Below are positions 1 through 8,390 of a stretch of DNA of 62,993 nucleotides, piece after piece. Origin of the DNA: Verrucomicrobiales bacterium. GTDB taxonomy: Bacteria; Verrucomicrobiota; Verrucomicrobiia; Limisphaerales; UBA9464. The stretch's first letter is position 1, and each line of letters begins with the position of its first letter. The stretch spans positions 1 through 62,993 of the forward strand of contig JBEISV010000001.1 in assembly GCA_040375265.1 (NCBI GenBank), written 5' to 3'. The translations under genes were made by a program, and so were the position numbers. The notes under the pieces are model-generated. The model was not told where the DNA came from, made no database searches, and saw nothing but the letters and a program-made list of their open reading frames with translations.

Positions 1-3000
1 GAATTGTCCGGCCATGGCCTCGAGGCGGGCGACCTGAAGACGGCGCCGGACGGGGCGATCTGGTCCGTGGGGCAGGGAACGATCCTCCGGTGGGACTGTC
101 AGCCGGGGGCTTGGGAAGCCTGGCCGGAGCTGCCGCCGCCGGTCCTGGAGGATCGTGAAGGCCGGATGTGGTTTGCCGATGCCAAGGGGACCAAGGCGCT
201 GGAAAACGGGACGGTGACCACGGTTGGCGGCATGGCTGCCCCGCTGCGGGAGGATCCCGCCGGTGGCGTCTGGGGCGCGAGCGAAGACGGGTTAGCCCGC
301 TGGCAGCAAGGCCGGGTAGAGACCTACCCGGCTTCCGAGACCGGTCTGATGGAATTGGAACGGCTGGCGACCGATAAGGCGGGAGCACTCTGGTTCGCCG
401 GGGCGGACCCGGCCGGAAAAGGTATCCTAGTTCGCCATGATGCCGGCGGCTGGTCCCGGCATGGACCGGCCGAGTTGGGTGGTCGGCGTCTGACCTCACT
501 GACGGCCGATCCGACCAACGGCGTCTGGGTCGTGCTGTTCGATGCGCAGTCGCTCGAATTCGAGATCCGGCGGGGCGAAGGCGCGAACCTGCGGCCGGTG
601 CCCATGGCGGCTACCCGCCCCCGCACCGGCTGGCCCGAGCTCCAGGCTGGAGCCGGAAAACTATTCCTGTTCGGACAGGCCGGCCTGTGGGAATCGCCTC
701 TGGGAAGTCCGCTGACCTTCACTCCGGTGGCCCCGGCGGCGGGCAGCGCGTTCGCCGCATCGGCCGGGCAGGGAGACACCGTGGCGTTTCTCGCGGCGGA
801 ACATTCCGGCGGCGGCGCGGGCGTGCTGGTGGGACGAAACGGCCAGTGGCTCCAACACCCGCTGCGGTTTGGCCAAGGGATGTCCCTCGACCAAGCGGGT
901 TGGCTGCTGCTTTCCGACGGGCCCGACCTGGCGCTGTGGCAGACGCGTGAATGGTGGTCGCCCACCTATGTCAGCCCGCCGCTCGACGCGGGCCTGACGG
1001 CAGTGCTGCGGTGCGCCGACGGCGAGTATTGGCTGGGCACCAGCCGGGGCACGCTCCAGTTGCGGTCACAACTGGCCCCGCCCGAGACGGAGATCACCGG
1101 CCCGGATTCCTTCTCCGAAGGCAGTGCGGTGCGCGCCATGGCCCGGGGCATTGGCCGGTTTGTGCCCAAGTCGCGCCCGCAACGCCATTCGTTCAACTGG
1201 CGGATCGATGACGCCGCCTGGTCGGGCTTTGGTGATTGGCCGGAGCAGGGCGTGGCCCTCGGCCATCTGTCCGCGGGGATCCACGTCCTCGAAGTGCAGG
1301 CCCGTGACGGTTTGGGCAACGCGGATTCGACGCCGGCCAAGCTGGTTTTCCAGGTCCGGGCTTTGCCCTTGCAGGACCGGCGGTGGTTTCGGCCCGCGGC
1401 CGTCTCCTTGGGCGCGGCCTTCGCGGCGCTGAGCTTGGCCTTGCTGGTGGCCCGGATCCGGTTGACCCGGCATGCGCAGGAATTGGAGGGGCAGGTGGCC
1501 CGCCGGACGTCGGAATTGCGGGAGGACATCCGTATCCGGGAACAGGTCGAAGCCGAGCTGCGGGCCCGGGAAGTCCGCGCCCGGACCCAGGCCGAGGCCA
1601 TCGCCCGGGTCGTGATCGAGGAAGCCGCCAGCGATCCGGCCGCGGAGCCACGGTGGTCCCGGCTCGCGGAGGAAGCGGCCCGGGCCGCTGGGGTGGTGCG
1701 GGCCGGAATTTGGGAGCTCAATCCCGCCGGCACCGAGCTGCGCTGCCTGGCGTTGTATGACGCGTCGACCGGAACCCATTTCCAAGGCGTGGTGCTGCCG
1801 GCGGGGGCCTATCCTCGCCACTTCGCCGCGTTGCGGGCGGAAAGCGTGGTGGCCGCGGCCGATGCAATTACCGATCCGCGGACGTCCGAATTTGCCGAAG
1901 GTTACCTGCGGCCGCACGGGATCGGCGCGACGCTGGACGCCGCGATTCAGGTCGGCGGCCAACTGGCGGGCGTGCTGTGCCTGGAGCACGTCGGCGGGCC
2001 GCGGACCTGGCAGGCGGACGAGGAGATATTTGCCAATGCGGCGGCGGCGGTCGCATCGCAATTGCTCGCCAATCGCCGCCGCCAGCTCGCGGAAGCCACG
2101 CTGCGCGACGAACGCCTGCGGCTCGGCAGCATCATCGATGCGGCATGGGTCGGCACCTGGGAATGGAATGTGCAATCCGGGGCCACCGTCTTCAACGGGC
2201 GCTGGGCCGCGATCGTCGGCTACACGCTCGCCGAACTGGAGCCAATCGATATCCGCACCTGGATCCGCCTTACCCATCCGGACGACCTGAAACTTTCCGA
2301 CGAGCGGTTGCAGCGGCACTTCGCGGGCGAGCTGCCTTACTACGAATGCGACTGCCGCATGCGGCACCGTGACGGCCACTGGGTCTGGGTGCATGACCGC
2401 GGGCGCGTCATCACGACTACGCCCGAGGGGAAGCCCCTGCTGATGTTCGGCACGCATACCGACGTGTCGGAACGGCGGCGCATGGAAGAGGAGCGGGAGC
2501 GGTTGCAAGGCCAGTTGCTTCAGTCGCAGAAGATGGAATCCGTGGGCCGGCTCGCCGGCGGGGTGGCCCATGACTTCAACAACATGCTCCAGACGATCCT
2601 CGGCAACGCCAACCTGGCGATGTTGGAGCTGCCGTCCGGACATCCCGCCCGCGAATGCCTCGACGAGATCCAGGACTCCGCCAAACGGTCGGCCGAACTC
2701 ACCAAACAGCTGCTGGCCTTTGCCCGCAAGCAGACGGCCGCCCCGCAGGTGCTCCGGCTGAACGACACCGTCGGCCGCGCCCTGAACCTCCTGCGGCGCC
2801 TGCTGGGGGAGGCGATTGAGCTGTCGTGGCAGCCCGCCAATGACCTGTGGCTGGTCGAAATCGATCCCACCCAGTTCGACCAGGTGCTGACCAACCTCTG
2901 TGTCAACGCCCGCGACGCGATGGCCGGCCACGGGCGCATCACGATCCGGAGCGGCAACGTGACCGTGGAACCGGCGCAGGCCGCCGGCCATCCGGAGTTC

Positions 3001-3645
3001 GCGCCGGGCGACTACGTGGTGCTGTCGGTGTGCGACACGGGCTGCGGCATGTCGCCGGAGACCCTCGCGCACATCTTCGAGCCGTTCTTCACGACCAAGG
3101 ATCAGGGCAAAGGCACCGGCCTGGGCCTCGCCATCGTGTTCGGGCTCGTCAAACAGAACCGCGGCCATGTCTTCGTCGAGAGCGAAGTCGGGCAGGGGGC
3201 CACCTTCCGCATTTACCTGCCGCGCTGCACCGGTCCCGCGCCGGAGCCGGAAGCGCCGCCGGTGCGGGCCGAACTCTCCGGCCGGGAGACGATCCTGTTG
3301 GTCGAGGATGAGGAACAGGTCCTGCGGCTGGGCCGGAAGGTCCTGACCCAGCAGGGCTACCGCGTGCTCGCGGCGGCCTCGCCGGCGGCGGCGCTGGAAC
3401 TGGCCGAGCAGCACGACGGTCCGATCGACCTGCTGCTCACCGACGTCGTGATGCCGGGCATGAATGGCCGGCAATTGAGCGAGCTCCTGCGGGCCCGCCG
3501 GCCGGGCCTGCGGTGTCTTTTCATGTCCGGCTACCCCGCCGATGTGCTGGCGCCCCACGGCGTCCTCGAAACCGGCGTGGCCCTGCTCCAGAAACCGTTC
3601 TCGATCCAGAGCCTCAGCGAAAAAGTGCGGGAGCTCCTCGGATAA
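1..3645 (+). CDS. hybrid sensor histidine kinase/response regulator, 5'-partial (two-component-regulator propeller + Y_Y_Y sensor, TM, GAF, PAS, HisKA, HATPase_c, REC)
   Basis: Frame is open to the window edge; the TTG at 4 is only an ORF-finder start. Y_Y_Y-like 'FNWRIDDAAWSGF..VLEVQARD'. TM 'AAVSLGAAFAALSLALLVA'. PAS 'WEWNVQSGATVFNGRWAAIVGY'. H-box 'GGVAHDFNNML'. ATPase 'DTGCGM..GKGTGLGLAIV'. Receiver 'LLLTDVVMPGMNG'. Confidence 0.9.
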   Translation, partial: ELSGHGLEAGDLKTAPDGAIWSVGQGTILRWDCQPGAWEAWPELPPPVLEDREGRMWFADAKGTKALENGTVTTVGGMAAPLREDPAGGVWGASEDGLARWQQGRVETYPASETGLMELERLATDKAGALWFAGADPAGKGILVRHDAGGWSRHGPAELGGRRLTSLTADPTNGVWVVLFDAQSLEFEIRRGEGANLRPVPMAATRPRTGWPELQAGAGKLFLFGQAGLWESPLGSPLTFTPVAPAAGSAFAASAGQGDTVAFLAAEHSGGGAGVLVGRNGQWLQHPLRFGQGMSLDQAGWLLLSDGPDLALWQTREWWSPTYVSPPLDAGLTAVLRCADGEYWLGTSRGTLQLRSQLAPPETEITGPDSFSEGSAVRAMARGIGRFVPKSRPQRHSFNWRIDDAAWSGFGDWPEQGVALGHLSAGIHVLEVQARDGLGNADSTPAKLVFQVRALPLQDRRWFRPAAVSLGAAFAALSLALLVARIRLTRHAQELEGQVARRTSELREDIRIREQVEAELRAREVRARTQAEAIARVVIEEAASDPAAEPRWSRLAEEAARAAGVVRAGIWELNPAGTELRCLALYDASTGTHFQGVVLPAGAYPRHFAALRAESVVAAADAITDPRTSEFAEGYLRPHGIGATLDAAIQVGGQLAGVLCLEHVGGPRTWQADEEIFANAAAAVASQLLANRRRQLAEATLRDERLRLGSIIDAAWVGTWEWNVQSGATVFNGRWAAIVGYTLAELEPIDIRTWIRLTHPDDLKLSDERLQRHFAGELPYYECDCRMRHRDGHWVWVHDRGRVITTTPEGKPLLMFGTHTDVSERRRMEEERERLQGQLLQSQKMESVGRLAGGVAHDFNNMLQTILGNANLAMLELPSGHPARECLDEIQDSAKRSAELTKQLLAFARKQTAAPQVLRLNDTVGRALNLLRRLLGEAIELSWQPANDLWLVEIDPTQFDQVLTNLCVNARDAMAGHGRITIRSGNVTVEPAQAAGHPEFAPGDYVVLSVCDTGCGMSPETLAHIFEPFFTTKDQGKGTGLGLAIVFGLVKQNRGHVFVESEVGQGATFRIYLPRCTGPAPEPEAPPVRAELSGRETILLVEDEEQVLRLGRKVLTQQGYRVLAAASPAAALELAEQHDGPIDLLLTDVVMPGMNGRQLSELLRARRPGLRCLFMSGYPADVLAPHGVLETGVALLQKPFSIQSLSEKVRELLG

Positions 3646-3718
3646 CTTCCGCAGCCGAAACCACCCAAGGTGCTGCGGGTGCCCGGCGCGGCGGCCCAGC
3701 AGCTCCACCTGCGGCCGG

Positions 3719-4384
3719 TCAGTTCCCCAGATACCGCACCACCGCCTCGGTGCGGGTCTGCACCTGGAGCTTGTCGTAGATGCTTCGCAGGTGCGTGCGC
3801 ACCGTCGTCGCGCCGATGCCCAGGCGCTCGGCGATCTCCTTGTAGAGCAAGCCCTTCGCCAGCGCGTCGAGGATCTCCCGTTCGCGCGGCGTCAGGCTGG
3901 GCAAGGGCACCGCGGCCGGCGGCGCTGCGGCGGGACGGGCCGAACCCGCGGCCTGGAACGACGCCACCACCTTGCGCGCGATGAGGCTGCTCATGGGCGA
4001 ACCGCCGTCCGTCACGTCGCGGATCGCCTCCAGCAGTTCCGCCGGCGGCGTTCGCTTGAGCAGGTAACCGCTCGCCCCCGCCCGCAGCGCGGCGAAGATC
4101 TTGTCCGCGTCCTCATACACCGTGAGCATGATCACGAGCAGGGTCGGTTTCCGGCGTTTCAGCTCCGCGACGCACTCTATGCCCGAGCGGCCGGGCAGGT
4201 TGATGTCCATTAGCACCACGTCGGCAATATCCGCCACGGCGCCCGCGAGCGCCTCCTCCGCGCTGCAGAAGGCGTTCACGCAGCGGTAGCCCTCCGCCAG
4301 CTCGAACAGCGAGATCAGGCTGGCACGGATGCGGGCGTCGTCCTCGACGAGGGCGACGCGGATGGGGTCGGCGGAAACCGGCAT
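3719..4384 (-). CDS. NarL/FixJ (LuxR-type) response regulator
   Basis: Receiver 'IRVALVEDDARIR..DVVLMDINLPGRSG..MLTVYED'. LuxR HTH 'LTPREREILDALAKGLLYKEIAERLGIGATTVRTHLRSIYDKLQV'. Start taken at MPVSADP (4384); an upstream ATG at 4426 is possible. Confidence 0.9.
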   Translation of the reverse strand: MPVSADPIRVALVEDDARIRASLISLFELAEGYRCVNAFCSAEEALAGAVADIADVVLMDINLPGRSGIECVAELKRRKPTLLVIMLTVYEDADKIFAALRAGASGYLLKRTPPAELLEAIRDVTDGGSPMSSLIARKVVASFQAAGSARPAAAPPAAVPLPSLTPREREILDALAKGLLYKEIAERLGIGATTVRTHLRSIYDKLQVQTRTEAVVRYLGN

Positions 4385-4515
4385 GGACACGCCGCGGTTA
4401 TCGCAGTTCCGCCCGCCGGGCAACATCGTCCAAAAGGAGGAGGCGGAAACCCTCGCGCCTCGTCCGAAGGGAGGATGCCGGAACCCCGGGGCCGTATGGT
4501 AAGCAGGGAGAAGCT

Positions 4516-7500
4516 ATGGAACACCTCCGATTCATTCCGGCCTTCCGACGCGCTCTCGCCTTCGGCCTGGGGCTATTGCTCGGCCTGACCGTGACGCTCG
4601 CCCAGGGCACCGCGTTCACCTACCAGGGCCAGCTCACCGACGGCGCGGCGGCGGCCAACGGCACCTACGACCTGCGCTTCACGCTCTGGAACGCCGCGAC
4701 CGTCGGCACCCAGCAGGGCGCCACCCTGACGCAGGATGCCGTTGGGGTGACCAACGGCCTGTTCACCGCCACGCTGGACTTCGGGGCGCAATTCAACGGG
4801 CAGAACCGCTGGCTGGAAATCGCCGTGCGGACCAACGGCGCGGCGGACTTCACGACGCTGGCGGAACGGCAGCCGGTGCTGCCCACGCCCTACGCCATCC
4901 ACGCCGCCACCGCCGGCAGCGCAGCCACGGCGACGATCGCCACGACCGTGACCGGCACTGTGCCCGCCAGCCAACTGACCGGCACCCTATCCGCCGCTCA
5001 AATCCCGAACCTCAATGCGGGCAAGATCACCGGTGGCACGTTCACCGGCAATGGCGGTGGCCTGACGAACGTTCCTGTGGGGGGCTTGGTTCACGATGAT
5101 TCCATCATTGTTGGATGGGGCGAAGCCGCCAATGGTCGGACAACGGCGCCATCGGGGATTGAGGATGCAGTCGCCATCGCCGCGGGCACGGCCCATAGCG
5201 TGGCGCTCAAGCGCGACGGAACCGTCGTCGTATGGGGAGCAACGAGTGCGCTTTTGACGGGCGTGCGAGACGTCGTCAGCATCGCGGCAGGTTACAACGC
5301 GACGTTCGCGGTCAGGGCGAACGGCACGGTGGTGGGTGAAGGGCCGTCCGCCAATTCGATGCCACCTAATCTTGCGAATGTGGTCGCAGTCTCTTGCCGG
5401 GAATTGAACGCGATGGCCCTCAGGTCGGACGGGACTGTGGTGGTTTGGGGCCCCTTGTCGGTCGGAACCGCGGGCATCTGGGCCCCCTTGGACTCGGTAG
5501 TTGAGATCGCCGCCGGCGTGTCATTTGGTCTGGCGCTGAAATCCGATGGCACAGTGGTGGCATGGGGCGATGCGGGCGCCATGCCTCCGGGGCTTGCCGG
5601 GGTAAAATCCATCTCGGCAGGAAACAGTCACAGTTTGGCGCTGAAAGCCGATGGCACCGTGGTTGCCTGGGGAAACAACGCCTCCTTGCAATCCACAGTG
5701 CCGGCTTGGCTTACCGATGTGGTCCAAGTTTCCGCCGGCCTTGACTACAGTCTGGCCTTACGCCGGGATGGGACGGTGGTGGCTTGGGGAAATGGGGGTT
5801 ATGGTCGCACTGCAGTTCCCGCAGATCTCACTGGTGTAAGGGCCATTGCTGCAGGTGGCTACCACGCCCTTGCCCTGAGTTTACCCGCCAATTACGCCCG
5901 GCTGGATGAGGACAATGTTTTCCACGGAACGGTGACTGCCGGCTTGTTCCGAGGCAAAGGCTCCAGTCTGACTGGTTTGAATGCCTCGGCGCTGTCCATG
6001 GGCACGGTGCCGGCGGCGCGGATTCCCAACCTGGATGCCTCCAAGATCACCTCGGGCACCTTCACGGGGAACGGCTCCGGGCTTACTTCGCTGAATGCGT
6101 CGGCGCTGACAACGGGCACGGTGCCAGTGGCGCAGATTCCCAACCTGGATGCCGGGCAGGTGACCACCGGAGCCTTCGCCACCGCACGGATCCCGACCTT
6201 GACGCCGGGCCATATCCCCAGCTTGGACGCCTCCAAGATAACTTCAGGAACCTTCACGGGGAATGGCTCCGGGCTGAGCCAAATCCCGCTCGGCGCGCTG
6301 GTTCAGCCCAACTACACCGTGGTCGCGTGGGGCGATGACGCTCACGGTCAAACCACCATTCCGGCTGGCTTGAGCAATGTGGTGAAAATTGTGGGAGGAT
6401 TCAATTACGGCATGGCGTTAAAGGCGGACGGCACCGTGGTGGCCTGGGGAGACAATGCGGCGGGCAAAGCCACGGTCCCCGTCGGCCTGACCGGTGTCGT
6501 GGACATCGCCGCAGGGAATTCGCACAGCTTGGCACTGAGGGTGGACGGGACGGTGGTCGCCTGGGGCTCCATCGGGTCCGGCGAAACCGCCGTTCCCGGC
6601 ACCCTGAAACAGGTCACGGCGGTCGCCGCCGGAGCTTTGTTCAGTCTGGCACTTAAGGCTGACGGCACCGTGGTCGCGTGGGGCGATCCGTTGCATGGCC
6701 AAACCACCGTTCCGGTCGGCCTCGCGAAGGTCGTAAGCATCGATGCCGGTGTAAATCACTGCTTGGCGCTTAAGGCCGACGGCACGGTGGTGGCTTGGGG
6801 ACGCAACGACCATAGCCAAGGAACGGTTCCCAGTGGCCTGTCCGGGGTGGTGGCAGTCGCGGCCGGATCTTCTCACAATTTGGTCCTAAAGGCCGACGGC
6901 ACGGTGGTCGCATGGGGGAATAACTTCTTCGGACAAACGAATGTGCCGAGCGGGCTAAATGGCGTCGTGAGCGTGGCGGCCGGTGGCGGCCACAGTCTTG
7001 CATTGAAGTCAGACGGCACGGTCGTTTCCTGGGGCTACAATCCTTCCCAGCAGTGGAATGTTCCTGCTGGCCTTGCCGATGTGGTGGCGCTTGCCGCCGG
7101 AATTTCGAGCAGTTTTGCGCTGAAACAGGAACCGGGCAGCAACCCTGAGTTCGCTCGCCTTGACCGGCTCAATTCGTTCCGCGGCGCCATTTCTGCCCCC
7201 GCCTTCTATGGCAATGGTTCCGGGCTCACCGCATTGAACGCCTCCGCGCTCAGTTCGGGCACAGTGCCCCAGGCGCGGATCCCGACGCTGAACCCGAGCC
7301 AGATTCCGAACTTGGATGCCGGCAAAGTTACGACGGGGACCTTTGCCGCCGAGCAAATCCCGAATCTGGACGCTTCCAAGATCACCTCGGGCACCTTCAC
7401 CGGGAACGGCTCCGGGCTGACGTCGCTGAATGCGTCGGCCCTGACCACGGGCACGGTGCCGTCGGAGCAGATTCCCAGCTTAGACGCCGGAAAGATCACC

Positions 7501-7590
7501 AGTGGTTTGTTTGCTGGAGCGGTGATTCCCGATCTGGATGCCGGCAAGGTGACACCGGAACCTTCGCGACTGCGCGGATTCCAACTCTGA
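4516..7590 (+). CDS. giant secreted fibre-like protein, paralog 1, N-terminal piece (signal peptide, conserved N-domain, two 7-bladed RCC1-like propellers, IPxLDAxKITxGTF repeats); truncated by a frameshift
   Basis: SD-like gggaga before the ATG. Signal peptide 'AFGLGLLLGLTVTLAQG'. Two sets of 7 'AAGxxHSLALKxDGTVVAWG' RCC1 blades. Reading continues in another frame from about 7551 (see 7611..8294). Confidence 0.85.
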   Translation: MEHLRFIPAFRRALAFGLGLLLGLTVTLAQGTAFTYQGQLTDGAAAANGTYDLRFTLWNAATVGTQQGATLTQDAVGVTNGLFTATLDFGAQFNGQNRWLEIAVRTNGAADFTTLAERQPVLPTPYAIHAATAGSAATATIATTVTGTVPASQLTGTLSAAQIPNLNAGKITGGTFTGNGGGLTNVPVGGLVHDDSIIVGWGEAANGRTTAPSGIEDAVAIAAGTAHSVALKRDGTVVVWGATSALLTGVRDVVSIAAGYNATFAVRANGTVVGEGPSANSMPPNLANVVAVSCRELNAMALRSDGTVVVWGPLSVGTAGIWAPLDSVVEIAAGVSFGLALKSDGTVVAWGDAGAMPPGLAGVKSISAGNSHSLALKADGTVVAWGNNASLQSTVPAWLTDVVQVSAGLDYSLALRRDGTVVAWGNGGYGRTAVPADLTGVRAIAAGGYHALALSLPANYARLDEDNVFHGTVTAGLFRGKGSSLTGLNASALSMGTVPAARIPNLDASKITSGTFTGNGSGLTSLNASALTTGTVPVAQIPNLDAGQVTTGAFATARIPTLTPGHIPSLDASKITSGTFTGNGSGLSQIPLGALVQPNYTVVAWGDDAHGQTTIPAGLSNVVKIVGGFNYGMALKADGTVVAWGDNAAGKATVPVGLTGVVDIAAGNSHSLALRVDGTVVAWGSIGSGETAVPGTLKQVTAVAAGALFSLALKADGTVVAWGDPLHGQTTVPVGLAKVVSIDAGVNHCLALKADGTVVAWGRNDHSQGTVPSGLSGVVAVAAGSSHNLVLKADGTVVAWGNNFFGQTNVPSGLNGVVSVAAGGGHSLALKSDGTVVSWGYNPSQQWNVPAGLADVVALAAGISSSFALKQEPGSNPEFARLDRLNSFRGAISAPAFYGNGSGLTALNASALSSGTVPQARIPTLNPSQIPNLDAGKVTTGTFAAEQIPNLDASKITSGTFTGNGSGLTSLNASALTTGTVPSEQIPSLDAGKITSGLFAGAVIPDLDAGKVTPEPSRLRGFQL

Positions 7591-7610
7591 CTTCCGGGCA
7601 AATCCCCAGT

Positions 7611-8294
7611 TTGGACGCTTCCAAGATCGCCACGGGCACGCTGGCGGATTCCCGGCTCAGCGGAAACGTGGCGTTGGAAAACGGAAGTCCGGCGTTCACC
7701 GCGGCGGCGGATGTCCGGGTGGCCAGCTTCACCGGTTCGCGCACAGGCAACCACAACGCGGCGGTGGTCCATGTGGAAAACACCGAAACCGGACCGACCG
7801 CCGCACCGGCCCTGCGAGTGCTGGCCAAGGGTGGCGACACCGAAGGCGCCCTGAGCGTGACGGCAAATGCGGGCCCGATCGCGCGCTTCGGCAATTTCAC
7901 CACCTGGGTGGCCAAACTGGACAACGCGGGGAATTTCTCGGCGACGTCCTTCATTTCGCTGTGCGACCGCAACAAGAAGGCTGGGTTCGCCCCGGTGGAC
8001 GTGGATTCGGTGCTGGCGAAGGTGGCTTCGCTGCCGCTGACGACGTGGCACTACACGAACGATGTGGCGGCGACGCCGCACCTCGGGCCGATGGCGCAGG
8101 ACTTCCACGCGGCCTTCGGCCTGGGCGAGAACGACAAGACCATCGCCACCGTGGACGCCGACGGCGTCGCCCTAGCCGCGATCCAGGGGCTCCACCGCAA
8201 AGTCGAGGTGCTCTCTTTGGAAAACGCCGAACTCCGGGCGCGTTTGGAACGGCTGGAAGCGCTGCTGCTCAACCGGGAGAGCCGAGGCAACTGA
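7611..8294 (+). CDS. C-terminal piece of paralog 1: tail-fibre / peptidase S74 intramolecular-chaperone domain plus coiled coil
   Basis: 'CDRNKKAGFAPVD..LPLTTWHYTND..PHLGPMAQDFHAAFGLGENDKTIATVDADGVALAAIQGL' followed by the heptad-like 'ENAELRARLERLEALL'. About 85% nt identity to the 3' end of 8391..11690. The frame is open from about 7551 and the TTG at 7611 is only an ORF-finder start. Confidence 0.8.
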   Translation: MDASKIATGTLADSRLSGNVALENGSPAFTAAADVRVASFTGSRTGNHNAAVVHVENTETGPTAAPALRVLAKGGDTEGALSVTANAGPIARFGNFTTWVAKLDNAGNFSATSFISLCDRNKKAGFAPVDVDSVLAKVASLPLTTWHYTNDVAATPHLGPMAQDFHAAFGLGENDKTIATVDADGVALAAIQGLHRKVEVLSLENAELRARLERLEALLLNRESRGN

Positions 8295-8390
8295 AACCGC
8301 CTCCTCCTTTTGGACGAGGCGGCAACAGCTCGGCCTCCTCCCAAGGGACGATGCCCAAGGCGAACCAACCTGTGCTCTGATGTCACCGTT

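Noticed and set aside
1066-3708. 880-aa ORF antisense to the hybrid histidine kinase. Similar long antisense or out-of-frame ORFs occur at 14188-16119(+), 21086-22486(-), 24322-25479(-) and 24453-25628(+).
   Set aside because: Their translations are Arg/Gly/Pro/Ala-rich with no recognisable motifs. Each is fully overlapped by a gene on the other strand or frame that carries clear family motifs. Long stop-free antisense frames are expected at about 65-70% GC.
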